64,000 bases of DNA, taken from NCBI RefSeq assembly GCF_018350175.1, contig NC_058368.1, positions 129,830,001 through 129,894,000 of the forward strand, read 5' to 3'. The notes under the pieces are model-generated. The model ran no database searches. It was not told the DNA's origin and was given only the letters and a program-made list of their open reading frames with translations. Positions 1 through 11,107 of the stretch are shown one piece after another. The position numbers and the translations under genes are program-made. Origin of the DNA: Felis catus. Taxonomy: Eukaryota. Numbering within the stretch: position 1 is the first letter of the stretch; every line of letters starts with the position of its first letter.

Positions 1-153
1 GATGCATAGAGATAGGTAGACAAAGAATCCAAAGCCGGCTCCAGGCTCTGAGCTGTCAGCACAGAGCCTGACACAGGGCTTGAACTCACGAACCATGAGA
101 TCATGACCTGAGCCAAAGTCAGACACTTAACTGACTGAGCCACCCAGGCGCCC
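1..153 (-). mobile_element. CAN-SINE (partial, cut by the window edge)
   Basis: Reverse complement of the gggcgcctgggtggctcagtcagttaag head ends at 153. Confidence 0.9.
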
Positions 154-803
154 GAATACAATTTTACTTTTTAATAACAATCTAATATAGTTTTACATTT
201 TTATAATTTTGTACTTTTATAATTTTACTTCAACAATCTAAATCAATTTTACTTTTTAATAACAATTTGATCTAAGATTCATGATAAACAAAATACATTG
301 TAAACAACATAACAAAATACGTTGTAAACAAGATAACAAAACCAAAAATTTAACTTGGAAAAATCTTGGAAAATACAGACACTAGGAAGAAGATGAAAAA
401 TTTACCTATAATCTCTCCATGCTAGGGTAAACTCTGAACATTTTGACATTCCCTGCTTTCTTCTGTTGTTTTAGCAACACGTAACATAATTGAAGTCATA
501 CAGTTTACTGTTATTTTTTGATAAAATACAGTAACATGAAAAGCACTTTCCCAGGTTGTACAGTATTGATCACCAGTATCCAAAGCTGCTGAGGAAGATT
601 TCCTCTTGTGAATGTGTAAGAGTTTACTAAATCATTCTCATACTATTGTTGTAAAAGAAGAGTCATGCACACTTTAGTGCATATGTGAAAAATATTTTCT
701 GTCTTTTGATAATTTCCCTATTACAGATTTCCACGAATGGAATTATTTTGTCAAACTGTATGGACATTTAAATCTCTGGGTATATATTAACAAATTACTT
801 TCT

Positions 804-1228
804 TCTTATTATTATTTATTTGAGATAGAGTGGGTGTGAGCAGGAGAGAGGGACAGAGGAAGAGAGAGAATCTTAACCAGGCTCCATGCTCTGCACGGAG
901 CCCAATGCGGGGTTCGATCCCACAACCCTGGGATATGACCTGAGCCAAAATCAAGAGTCAGACAGTCTTGGGGTACCTGGGTGGCTCAGTTAGTTGAGCA
1001 CCCGCCTCTTGATTTCGGTTCAGGCCATGATCTCATGGTTTGTGAGTTCAAGCCTCGCATCAGGCTCTGAGCTGACAGCATGGAGCCTGCTTGCGATTCT
1101 CTCTCCCTCTCCTCTCCCCACCCCCACATGTGTGCTCGCTCTCTCTCAATAAATAAATTAAAAAATAAATAAATAAATAAACATTAAAAAAAAGAGTTAG
1201 ACGCTCAACTGAGTCACTTAAGGGCCCC
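804..1228. mobile_element. Minus-strand CAN-SINE interrupted by a plus-strand CAN-SINE (970-1192)
   Basis: Outer TSD aacaaatta(c/t)tttct (789-803, 1229-1243); inner TSD aagagt(c/t)agac (953, 1192). Confidence 0.88.
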
Positions 1229-1351
1229 AACAAATTATTTTCTAAAACAATTGAATCAGTTTTTGTTCTTACCAGTAGGAAAAAAATGCCCATTTCACTG
1301 TAAAAAGAACTATAGGTAGAAGATGTTCTTACATTTCCTTTTCCAAACTAG

Positions 1352-1770
1352 AAATTTATTTATTATTTTTCTTTTTTTAATTTTATTTAGATCCAAGTTA
1401 GTTAATATATAGTGTAATAATGGTTTCAGGAGTAGAATTTAGTGATTCATGACTTACCTGTAACACCCAAAGCTCATCCCAACAAGTGACTTTAACGCCC
1501 ATCACCCATTTATCCCATCCCCCCCAACACTCCTCCAGCAACCTCAGTTTGTTCTCTATAGTTAAGAATCTCTTATGGTTTGCCTCCATCTCTGTCTTTA
1601 TCTTATTTTATTTTTCCTTCCCTTCCCCTGGATGTTCATCTGTTTTGTTTCTTAAATTCCACATGTGAGTGAAATCATATGATATTTGTGACTTATATCA
1701 CTTAGCATAATACATTCTAGTTCCATCCACATTGTTGCAAATGGCAAGATCTCATTTTTTGATCGTCAAA
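1352..1770 (-). mobile_element. Carnivore L1 3' end fragment
   Basis: A T-rich tail is followed by L1 3'UTR-type sequence and the ORF2-end signature ctagttccatccacattgttgcaaatggcaagat. Confidence 0.8.
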
Positions 1771-2129
1771 TAATATATATATATACACATATTTATATAT
1801 ATTCTGTGTCTCCCTCTCTGCCCCTCTTACTATCTCTTTCTCAAAATAAAAAATAAACTTAAAAAAATTAAGAAAAAGACATTTATATTGTTTCAAGTTT
1901 TTAAAAACTCGTAAAGCTGAATCTGCTACAAATATTAATATTATTACCAAGGGCAGATCAATTAGTTTTCCCAAGACTTATTTTCCTAACCTGGTTAGCA
2001 TTGATGAGTTTTTTGAGAGCTATCTTATAATAACAGAGTTGCCCAAGACCTAATTTTACACAAGTTGCATTATTAGCTCAAATGTAGCACACTGGAAAGC
2101 CTATGACTTGGAACATGTGTTAGTTTTCT

Positions 2130-2836
2130 TTTTTCTTTTAAATTTTTATTTATTTATTTTTTAATGTTTATTTATTTTTGAGAGAGAGAGAGACCATGAG
2201 CAGGGAAGAGGCAGAGAGAGAGGGAGACAGAATCTGAAGCAGGCTCCAGGCTCCGAGCTGTCAACACAGAGCCTGATATGGGACTGGAACTCACAAACCG
2301 TGAGATCGTGTCCTGGGCTGAAGTAGGCCGATTAACCGACTGAGCCACTCAGGTGCCTCATTTTTTTTTTTTTTTTTTAATTTTTTAACGTTTATTTATT
2401 TTTGAATTTTTTTTTTAAGGTTTATTTGAGAGACAGAGTATGAGCAGGTGAGGGGCAGAGAGAGAGGGAGACCCAGAATCCGAAGCAGGCTCCAGGCTTC
2501 AAGTTGTCAGCACAGAGCCTGACATGGGGCTCACACCCACGAACTGTGAGATCGTGACCTGAGCCGAAGGTGGACACTTAACCAACTGAGCCACCCAGCT
2601 GCCCCATTTTTAAAAATTTTTAATGTTTTGTTATTTTTGAGAGACAGAGACAAAGTGTGAGCGGGGGAGGGGCAGAGAGTGAGGGAGACACAGAATTTGA
2701 AGCAGGTTCCAGGCTCTGAGCAGTCAGTGCAGGGCCCAATGTGGGGCTCCAGCTCAGGAGCCTGGCTGTGAGATCACGACCTGAGCCAAAAGTCAGGGGC
2801 TTAACTACTTAACTGACTGAGACACCCAGGCGCCCT
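2130..2836 (-). mobile_element. Three tandem CAN-SINEs within one TSD
   Basis: Three heads end at about 2358, 2605 and 2836. Flanks are catgtg(t/g)tagttttct at 2114-2129 and 2837-2852. Confidence 0.88.
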
Positions 2837-2838
2837 CA

Positions 2839-3268
2839 TGTGGTAGTTTTCTATTGCTGCTGTAAAAAAATTGCCACAAACTAGTTTAAAACAACACAAA
2901 TTCATTATGTTAGCATTCTGAAGGTCAGAAGTCTGAAATCCTCTGCAGGACTGAGTTTCTTCCACAGGCTGCAAGGGAGAATCTGTTTCTTTGACTTTTC
3001 CAGCTTCTCTAGACTGCCTGTATTCCTTTACTCATGGCTTCATATCACTCCCAACTCTGCTTCCATGGTCACATCTCTCCCTGACACTCCTCCCTCCCTC
3101 TTATAAAGCACCATTATGACTACATTAGGCCCACAGGATAATGCAAAATAATCTTTCCATATCAAGATTCTTAATTTAGCCATATCTGCAAAGTACCTTT
3201 TGCCATGAAAACTAATATATGCACAAGTTTTGGGTTATTAGGATGTGGATATCCTTTTATCCTACCAA
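2839..3268 (-). mobile_element. MaLR (MLT1-type) solo LTR
   Basis: The segments tgtggtagttttctattgctgctgtaa, aaaacaacacaaatt and ggtcagaagtctgaaat are typical of MLT1. Confidence 0.75.
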
Positions 3269-3999
3269 CTATAACGCATACATCTAAATTTGATTCTGGG
3301 TTCCTCCAGAATTTGAACCTAGACAAATGGCAAATTCCCATCATCTAATCTGTAAAATAAGGAAAAGAATACTCTCCGTATAGGGTAGGATGAAAATCAA
3401 TAAAATAAATTATGTGAAATGTCTACAGTTCAATGTCAAACACTTAAAAAGACACTTAGAACTGGCTCATAGGAAATATTTGGTAGTAGTTAGTTATAAT
3501 TATTGATGTAAAATGAGTTGCACTGTTGTTACACTTATTTGCATCTTGGAAACTACTTGAGATTGAGAGGTGAGTAAGCCAGTGTTTCTTTAATTTAGCA
3601 TTTGCTTCCTCAACTTTCTTCTTTCTCTTCAGTTCTCAGGTATTTAGGGGGGAAAACACTGAATTTATATTTATGTTTCAAATATATTCTGAACAGACCC
3701 AATGATGATTTAATTATTTGTTTGCCCTTTCCTCTAAAGAATCTGAGAATATAAAGACATAGCAATGAAATGCAGTAATATGAGGTTATTTATCTAGGTG
3801 TACATATTTCTCTTGTACATAGTATGTGAGTAGGTTTTACATTCATAACAGTTGAAGCTAGGACTTCCCAAGTGCATTTTATTGGGAGTCCGGGAGTTGT
3901 AGGCAAAATTTGTATGTGTGCATTTTTCTAAGTTATACCTTTTATTAAATTTCCAAAGGATCCATTATCCCATTTCATATATATACATATATGTATAAT

Positions 4000-4185
4000 T
4001 TTTAAAAATTTTTAAAAATGTTTATTTTTGAGAGAAGGCGTGATTAGGGGAAGGGCTGGTGGGGTGGGGGGGGGGAGGGGGCTCTATGGTGACAGCAGAC
4101 AGCCCAATGCAGGACTCGAACTCACAAACTTCAAGATGATGACCTGAAGTCAAATGGTTATCTGACCGAGCTGTCCAGGCTCCCC
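4000..4185 (-). mobile_element. Degraded CAN-SINE with expanded G-run
   Basis: tttatttttgagaga tail and gactcgaactcac B-box complement. Confidence 0.75.
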
Positions 4186-4289
4186 AGAAAAGATCTATTC
4201 TTCTAAAGCAATTTCTTCATTTTAATTCAAATTAGGTTTCATATGTATATTTATACACATACACACACATATTTATTGCATATTCCTAA

Positions 4290-4450
4290 TAAACTTGTTA
4301 CTCATTGTGTGATCTTTGGACCAGTAGCATTGGCATTAACTGAAAACTCATTAGAAATGAAGACTCACCTCAAACCAACTGAATCAGGATCTGTATTTTA
4401 ACAAGATCCATGTGATTCTATGCACATTTAAAACTTGACAAGTATTACCT
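4290..4450. mobile_element. MER5A-like hAT DNA transposon fossil
   Basis: Signature segments accagtagcattggcatta, actgaatcaggatctgtattttaacaagatcc and tgattctatgcacat. Confidence 0.7.
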
Positions 4451-4809
4451 TAAGTAAAATCAGCAGATACAATCAAGCAAAAGAAATAAATAAATGAAAC
4501 ATGTCCACATTACCATTCAACTAGTGACAAACCTTGTTAACATTTTGGCATATATTTATTTTATTTTTGGCCCCATATAAAAATGGGGCTATACTTAACC
4601 TAATTTTTTGTAAACCACTCTTTTCCCAATGCATTGTGAATGTGTTAGCATGCAACAAAAACATGGCAATGTAGTTTATATTGGCCAATTTGTAATTTAT
4701 TATATATGCATGTATCATGATTAGGCATTCCTTTCTTGGGATTTATTTAGATAATACTGTGTTTTTACTTTAAAAACAGCCCTAATGTGAACATCCTTGT
4801 AATGTAGGT

Positions 4810-5030
4810 CTTATGATTGATTCAAATCCTAACAGTGTCCCTTACTAGCTCTGTGACTTTAGGCAGATTACCTGACTTCTCTGTGCTTCAGTTTCTTCAC
4901 CTATAACAGTAGCATAATAGCACCTCACAGATTGTTTTGAGGATTAAAATACATGATCATGTTGAGAGTTTAGAATTGTACCTGGCATATTCTAAATTTC
5001 AGTAAATGTTTATTATTATTTTTTATTATT
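4810..5030 (+). mobile_element. MIR element
   Basis: Core ttcaaatcc...cttactagctctgtgactttaggcagattacctgacttctctgtgcttcagtttcttcacctataa. Confidence 0.8.
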
Positions 5031-5088
5031 AATGTTTATGAACCCTCAACCATGTCTTTACAACTTCTCTTTCTAAGGAAACCTTAGA

Positions 5089-5300
5089 GGGGGCGCCTAG
5101 GTGGCTCAAGTCTGTTGAGCCTTAGACTCTTGATTTTGGCTCACGGTCCCTGAGTTGGGAGTCTGGGATCCGGCTCTGTGCTGAACAGTGCGGAGCCTAC
5201 TTGGGATTTTGTCTTCCTCTCTCTGCACCTCCCCCACTCTCTCTCTCTCTCTTTCTCTCAAAAAATAAATAAAAATGAAAACTTTAAAAAAAAGTAAAGA
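5089..5300 (+). mobile_element. CAN-SINE just upstream of the promoter
   Basis: ggggcgcctaggtggctca head, (CT)n region and A-rich tail. Confidence 0.9.
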
Positions 5301-5399
5301 AAACTTAGGTCACTAGCTAGTAGCAGAGGCAGGCAGAACTACCACTCCTGCTATCGTTCTGGAGTAGAGCGCCCAGCAAATTTAGGACTTGAAAAAAAA

Positions 5400-6300
5400 T
5401 ATTCACGGGAGGGTTGACCAATGGGAGTAAGATTATTTTAATAACTCATTTAAGCTGAGACGGACTGGGAAAACAATGCAGTTTAGAACCGATATCCGGA
5501 ACGGGGAAGGGAAAATGGTTCCGATTCAAGCAGGCTTCAATCAAACCAGGAGACAACGATTTGTCCTGGGAATTGGGCTACGCGGGGTTAACGTTTCCAT
5601 GGTTACAAATCCGGCTGACTCCAGGCTCCACGCTCTGTAATGCGCAAGCGCAGATAGCTGCTTTAGCCCCCCGGCGCCTTCAGTTTCGAAGGGGAAGCAC
5701 CTCCCTCCTCTTGTGCAGTTCTCCTATCGCCTTCTCACTTTGCCAATTCCACGCGTTCCGGGTGTCTGTGACGCAGTATTCCCGCGTCCGCGTCGTTTGG
5801 AGCCGCGACGCTGAACATGGCGCGTTCCTAGAAGCCGCTTTCGGCATCAGTAGGCGGCGGCGTGTGGACTGGAAGCGTGAGGCGCGGGACCAACCGACTT
5901 CGCTTCGTGTTGGGGACTGGAAGCGGGAGAGCCGGGGTATTCCGGACCGAACCAAACGGTGAGGCCTGAGAGCTACAGAGCGCGCGAGTGGAAGGGAGGA
6001 GTGGGCTGGGCAGCGGAGACGGGAGAGGCGAGGGAAGAACGTTGGGCTAGTCGGAGAGGAGAGAGAGCAGAAACGCGGTGAGAGCGGCCTGTAGGCTTGG
6101 CTCTCTGCGTAAGCCTAGGAACTACTTGGAGCTGGGGCCTGGCCGAGTCAGCCCTGGGAGGGGGAGGCTTGGTCGAGGAGGAATGGGGGTGCAGGAAGAC
6201 GGGCTGGGTGCCAAGATGAGGAGAGCATAGGGTGCCCATTGTGGCTGCGGTTGCGGGCCAGGGTGGTGTATTTGCCCTTGGGGCATAGGTGATGCCCATT
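5400..6300 (+). promoter_or_regulatory. IPO11: CpG-island promoter of IPO11
   Basis: The only CpG-dense non-repeat segment in the window. It carries CCAAT (5418-5422), NRF1-like TGCGCAAGCGCA (5641-5652), ETS core TTCCGG (5756-5761), CRE-like TGACGCA (5769-5775) and YY1-type AACATGGCG (5814-5822). No obvious TATA box, as expected for a housekeeping promoter. Confidence 0.85.
5770..5958 (+). other. IPO11: IPO11 exon 1 (5' UTR); start approximate, donor ACG|GTGAGG after 5958
   Basis: Good 5' splice site inside the CpG island. Exon 2 begins with an acceptor only 6 nt before the ATG, so an upstream exon is required. The TSS cannot be determined from sequence. Confidence 0.7.
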
Positions 6301-7469
6301 TTGAGAGAACGTGGTCAGTTTTAGTAGAAAGCCACTGTATATTGTTATTGCACACAGTACATTGCTGCTAATAGCAATGCTGTGAACGCTCTAATTAAAC
6401 ATTAGACCCTTCCTTGCCTTTAATGAACAGGTGCAGGAAGTTAACACATTTTCCGAGGAGCCGCTTGCTGAGGTATGGCCGCCAATGCTCAAGCTCAGCG
6501 ACTTCTGCAGCTTTATATTGAGGGTATTTGTGATTCAGCAAAACTATTTTGAGGCCCATTGCATTTGTCATTCTTTTTTATTCTGTTTGTTACATAGTGG
6601 TGAATGAGGGAAGTATTATTAGTTGAAAGTGATTTGAGTAAATTAGGTAGGAGTGGTAAATTGCCTGCAGGTGCCAAGATTGCAATAGACATACCTTCTC
6701 CCCACCCCAGTGTAAGCGAGCTCGTTTGTAGTGCTATAGTGCTTTTGAGAATTGGTTATTCTTCAGTATAGGGTAAGAAAGAACAGTTTACAGCCCTAAT
6801 TATTTCTTTCTTTCTTTTTTTTTTTTTTTTTTTTTTTTTGGTGTGTGTGTTGGTTAGAGAGTTCATGCCTCCGTTTTAACGTTATTTTAAACTTCTCTTT
6901 TCAGTATAGAGGCTTCAGGTTAAGGCTAGAGCGACTGTAAGGCTTCCATTGCATGACACCTTTTCTTCTATCTTGCATCACTGAAGATTGCTATGAAATT
7001 AGAATGAAAATCCTTGTTGGTTGTGATACGATTGTGGAATTTTTTCCCTCCTATACCCTAGTACAGGGAATAGTAGAAACAGTTTAATTAGAGCTATGGT
7101 TTGTGGCCATATATTATAGCCCTAGGTCAGCTGGGCTGTCTCTGTCCTAGTTACGCTTCCTAAAGCAAAAGAAAATCCTCATTACAGATGAATTTAGTTG
7201 TGGTAATAGGATTGGAGGTTCTAAAATGCATGAAGATTATTTGGTAATTAGTATAAAAATCTTTAAATTTTATGACATTGAATGTTAGCATTCAGAATCC
7301 AGAATGCAAAAGAACCCTTGTAGGCATGTGGCAGTTAGAATATACAGACCTGTCTAGAGCTAAATGTTTTTCTAGAAATAAAAATATTCATGTTTTGAGA
7401 AAGATAACATGGTTAGATGGATTTTAACCATTGTGTTGTGTGTATGTGCATATATGTGTGCATGGTGTG

Positions 7470-7715
7470 TATTTATATTGTTGAAGTATCGTTGACATAC
7501 AGTGTTACATTAGTTCATGTGATGTTCTGATCAGTTCATGCTGATTCAACAATTCTATACCTTATGCTGTGCTCCCCATGATAAGTGTCATTACTGTCAC
7601 TATACAGTGTTGTTACAGTATTATTGATTATATTTCCTGCACTGTACTTTTCATCTCTATGACTTACTTTTATAACTGGGAATTTGTACCTCTTAATCCC
7701 CTTCCCCATTTTCTG
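7470..7715 (-). mobile_element. L1 3'UTR fragment
   Basis: ttgaagtatcgttgacatacagtgttacattagtt...ttataactgggaatttgtacctcttaatccccttc. Confidence 0.7.
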
Positions 7716-8524
7716 TGCGTTGGTATTTAATCTTGCTTCTCCTAATATGGTGTTACTGATTCCAGTATTCATTTCTGTGCTAATCCTCTCTGTACCAAAT
7801 GATGACTATCATCAAGTTAATTTCAGAGTGTTTTAGGGAATGGCAAGACATACTTAGTGCAGGTGTGAGTCTGGAACATCTTTGTTTTTGTTTTGTAAAT
7901 ATCAGGCTGATTACAGATAAGCCCACAATTATAAGCTTTGTAGAGCTTGAGTTGGATCAGTGTTCTGCACCGTTCCTACTCTGAGTATGATGTATGGCAT
8001 CACGTCAGTGTTTGCTCAGAATGCCCAAGCTTAAGCTTAACCCTAAACCTAATGAATCAGAACCTGGATCTTAACAAGCTTTCCAGATGATAGGAATTTA
8101 TGTTAAAACTTGAGACACCCTACTTTGGTTGGGAAGAGTTGGAAGACTGAGGTCATGGGTAAAGCTATGTAAAATTAGAGCATTTATTTTGATCTGAGGT
8201 AATCCTTTGCTGCTTATCGAGTCTGATTCATCTGGTTGAAGAAACAGACATGGCAGTGGTAAGTAACTTGCCTGATGTTCATAACCTGGGTTCAGACTTA
8301 TTCGAACGCTTTTCTTTTGCTATTTATTGCCATTTTAAAATGGAACTAAAGCTTTCGTGAATGAGAGCTAGGAATCCATTCCACAACAAACATTTACTGA
8401 GTGATGGGCAAGCAGTCCAATAATTCTGTGTTCCTCTAGAAACTGCTGTTTCCTATGGTGGTTATGAACCCACCACATTCCCTCCTTATTCTTTCCTGGA
8501 TAATGTCACTTCTGCATGACAGAG

Positions 8525-8728
8525 GGGGGCGCCTGGGTGGCGCATTCGGTTACACATCTGATTTTGGCTCAGGTCATGATCTCGCCGTCTGTGAGTTGAA
8601 GCCCCACGTCGGGCTCTGTGCTGACAGCTCGGAGTCTGGAACCTGCTCGACTCCCTCTCTCTCTGCCCCTGCCCTGCTCACACTCTGTCTCTGTCTCTCA
8701 AAAAGTGAATAAACACTAAAAAATATTT
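8525..8728 (+). mobile_element. CAN-SINE with TSD catgacagagg
   Basis: Head, (CT)n region, tail and flanking direct repeat. Confidence 0.9.
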
Positions 8729-8867
8729 ACATGACAGAGGAAATGAAATACATCGGTGGCATTGGTTACTGTTTTTTGTCCTCTTGCACTTGCAAACATG
8801 TCTACTTCTATCTGGTCATCTCTCCTGTGCTCTGAGTTTTTTCTCCTCAGGGACAGTGTTTCCTTGG

Positions 8868-9222
8868 TGTCTTATGTTGTTTTTCCAGGGCTGCTGTAAC
8901 AATACCACAGGCTGGGTGGCTTAAACAATGGAAAATTATTTTTTCATAGTTCTCGAAGCTGAAAGGCCAAGATCAGGGTTCCAGCAGGAGTGATTTCCTC
9001 TGAGGCTCTCTCCTTGACTTAGAGGTAACCACCTGCTTTGTGCACTAGAATCTCTGGTATCTCTTTCTTATTAGCACACCACTTGCATTAGATTAGGGCT
9101 GCACTCTAATGACCTCATTTTAACTTAATCACTTCTTCAAAAATCTTATCTCCAATTCTGAGGGTCCTGGGAGTGAGGGCTCCAACATGTGAATTTTGGG
9201 GGAATGCATTCAGTCCATAACA
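8868..9222 (-). mobile_element. MaLR (MLT1A/B-type) solo LTR
   Basis: TG...CA termini, MLT1 signature gggctgctgtaacaataccacaggctgggtggcttaaacaa, 5-bp flanks cttgg/tttgg. Confidence 0.8.
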
Positions 9223-9299
9223 TTTGGTTGGTCCTGTTTTACTTTGAATGGGCACTAACTTATTAGGATTAAAAAAAAAATTCCTTTAAATACACTCTC

Positions 9300-10533
9300 A
9301 CTCTAGATTCCTCTTCAGTTTCATCTGTAATTATTTCCTTTAAGTTTCTGGAAAAGTTACCTATATTAATTTTCTCCACCTCCTTATTATTTGCTCCCCC
9401 TCCCTCCCCAATATATTGAAGTCTAGCGGTCCAAGTCCCTGAATTTGGCCACCATTGATCTCTTTGTGGTGAAATCTAATGGAATCCGTGTCATCATTTG
9501 ACATGTTGACATTTCTCTTTGAAATTCTCTTATGCTTCTGTGACACTGTGGTCTCCTTATTTCTATGTATGTTGGCCAGTCTTTCCTTGGTACAGTTTTC
9601 TGTCTTTGACCAATTCGAATTTTCCTATCACAGTGACGCACAGTCTTCTGCTCTCTTCTGTCTCTACCTGCTCTTAAATGGTCTTATCTCTGATGACTTC
9701 AACTATTGACTTTATTTTGATAACTAGCAGATCTCTGTCTCTTTAGCACAGATTACCCTGCAACTGTGACACATTATGTGGTTGTCTTAAGATATATAAA
9801 GTTCAGGTCAAAAATTAGATATATCACTCTTTCCGAAGTTGCTTCTCTTCCTCCTATGATCCATGCCTGCCAGTCAGTTGGAGATGCCCCAAGTCTTAAC
9901 TCTACCCTCTAATTACCCTTATGTACCACCCTGCCCCCAATCCTTTACCAAATCTTCTACGTCTTTCATCTATTTTTCCTTGCCAGCTACTACCTTGGTT
10001 CGGATTATCATTAGTATGTGGACTTTGGTGTAAGCATTGTAAATAATTTCTTTGAATCTGAGAATGGATATAATCCCTCTAAACCCTTTCTTGTTTTGTA
10101 GACAGATCGTAGTGTTCTTCTGCCATGCAGGCTTTCAGATTAAAATCCATACTACCAAATTTAGGAAATAAGGACCTTAATGATTTGGACCTTGCTTGCT
10201 TTTTGCTTTCATCTTCTGTTTCCTGCCTCACATGATTCTGTCATGCTGAACTATTTGCAATTCTTCAAAAGTGTTTGAATGTTTTTTAAAGTTGAGACAT
10301 CAGTATGTTGTGTGTATTCTGCCTAGAATATACCTATCACCTTTTTGACAACACATACAACCTACTCATTTGGATAACTCCTACTCAGCTTTCATGACCC
10401 AGCACAAATGCTATCTTGTCCCCCTTTCCTGCCTCACCAAGCTTTCCCCAACCTGTTTAGGCTGAGTTAGGTCTTTCTCGTAGGTGTTTCCAAAACAGCT
10501 TTGTTGTCTTTTTTTCTCTTAAGACTGGAAAGC
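9300..10533. mobile_element. Ancient L2-like LINE remnant
   Basis: Pyrimidine-rich degraded sequence with L2-like phrases (tcttatctctgatgacttcaactattgac, ctcctactcagctttcatgacccagc); highly diverged. Confidence 0.5.
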
Positions 10534-10540
10534 AAAGACT

Positions 10541-11100
10541 CTTTTGTTTGTTTGTTTGTGGACTAATCTAAGTTATTTATTTAAGTTATATCCTGCCATA
10601 ACCAAAGGGATGGAAGATCAGTATACTGGTCATCATTTGAGGCAAGTAAGGAAGGTGCACTTAATGTCCCGTATACTTCTGGTCCATGTGCAGAGTCATG
10701 GTCCAAACCGCTGCTGTGGTCCCTGCTGGGTAGTGGTCCAGGTTCTCTTTATTCATCCTCATAGCCAGTCGGGAGTGGATTCACATGAGGGTTAAAGGAT
10801 AGAGTAATCATACTCCCCTGGAGTAGGACTTGGAAAAGAACTCCCCCTGGAAAAGGACTTTGACTTGATGCGGAGTTGTGGGTAGGCGATGAACTCGGAT
10901 CTCTCGAGCTCTCCGTGATCAACTTCAGGAAGATGTTCGGCATGCTTACTTTTACGTATGAGAGTGCTATAAAGTAGTGAGTGGAGCTCTCCCTGCTGTG
11001 GGTGCTACTTGACATGGATTGCTGTAGCTGTGCCCTGGATCGTTATAGCAACCCTGAAACCTGGGACCCAGCTGCAGTCATCATTTTTGAACTGGAGCTC
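10541..11100 (-). pseudogene. COX6A1: Processed pseudogene of cytochrome c oxidase subunit 6A1
   Basis: The minus strand reads ATG at 11084, then a presequence-like segment with a premature TAA at codon 14, then MSSSTHSRESS, YFIAL, a frameshifted HGELERSEFIAYPQLRIKSK, and the terminal NPHVNPLPTGYEDE* typical of COX6A1. It is intronless, with AATAAA (plus-strand tttatt 10576-10581), a decayed poly(A) at 10542-10558 and flanking aaagact repeats (10534, 11101). Confidence 0.93.
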
Positions 11101-11107
11101 AAAGACT

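Noticed and set aside
4056..4082. G-quadruplex-capable G-run (also 46476-46489)
   Set aside because: Homopolymer expansions inside SINEs that are prone to sequencing error, with no evidence of function.
1..5400. Head-to-head neighbour gene (DIMT1 lies upstream of IPO11 in human, from memory)
   Set aside because: No recognisable exon or second CpG island in the upstream 5.4 kb, which is mostly repeats. If syntenic, it lies outside the window.
5561..6355. Long ORFs on both strands in the CpG island (133, 91, 108 and 77 aa)
   Set aside because: Expected stop-codon depletion in GC-rich DNA, with no recognisable protein. The 133-aa plus ORF is out of frame with exon 2 at the 5958 donor.
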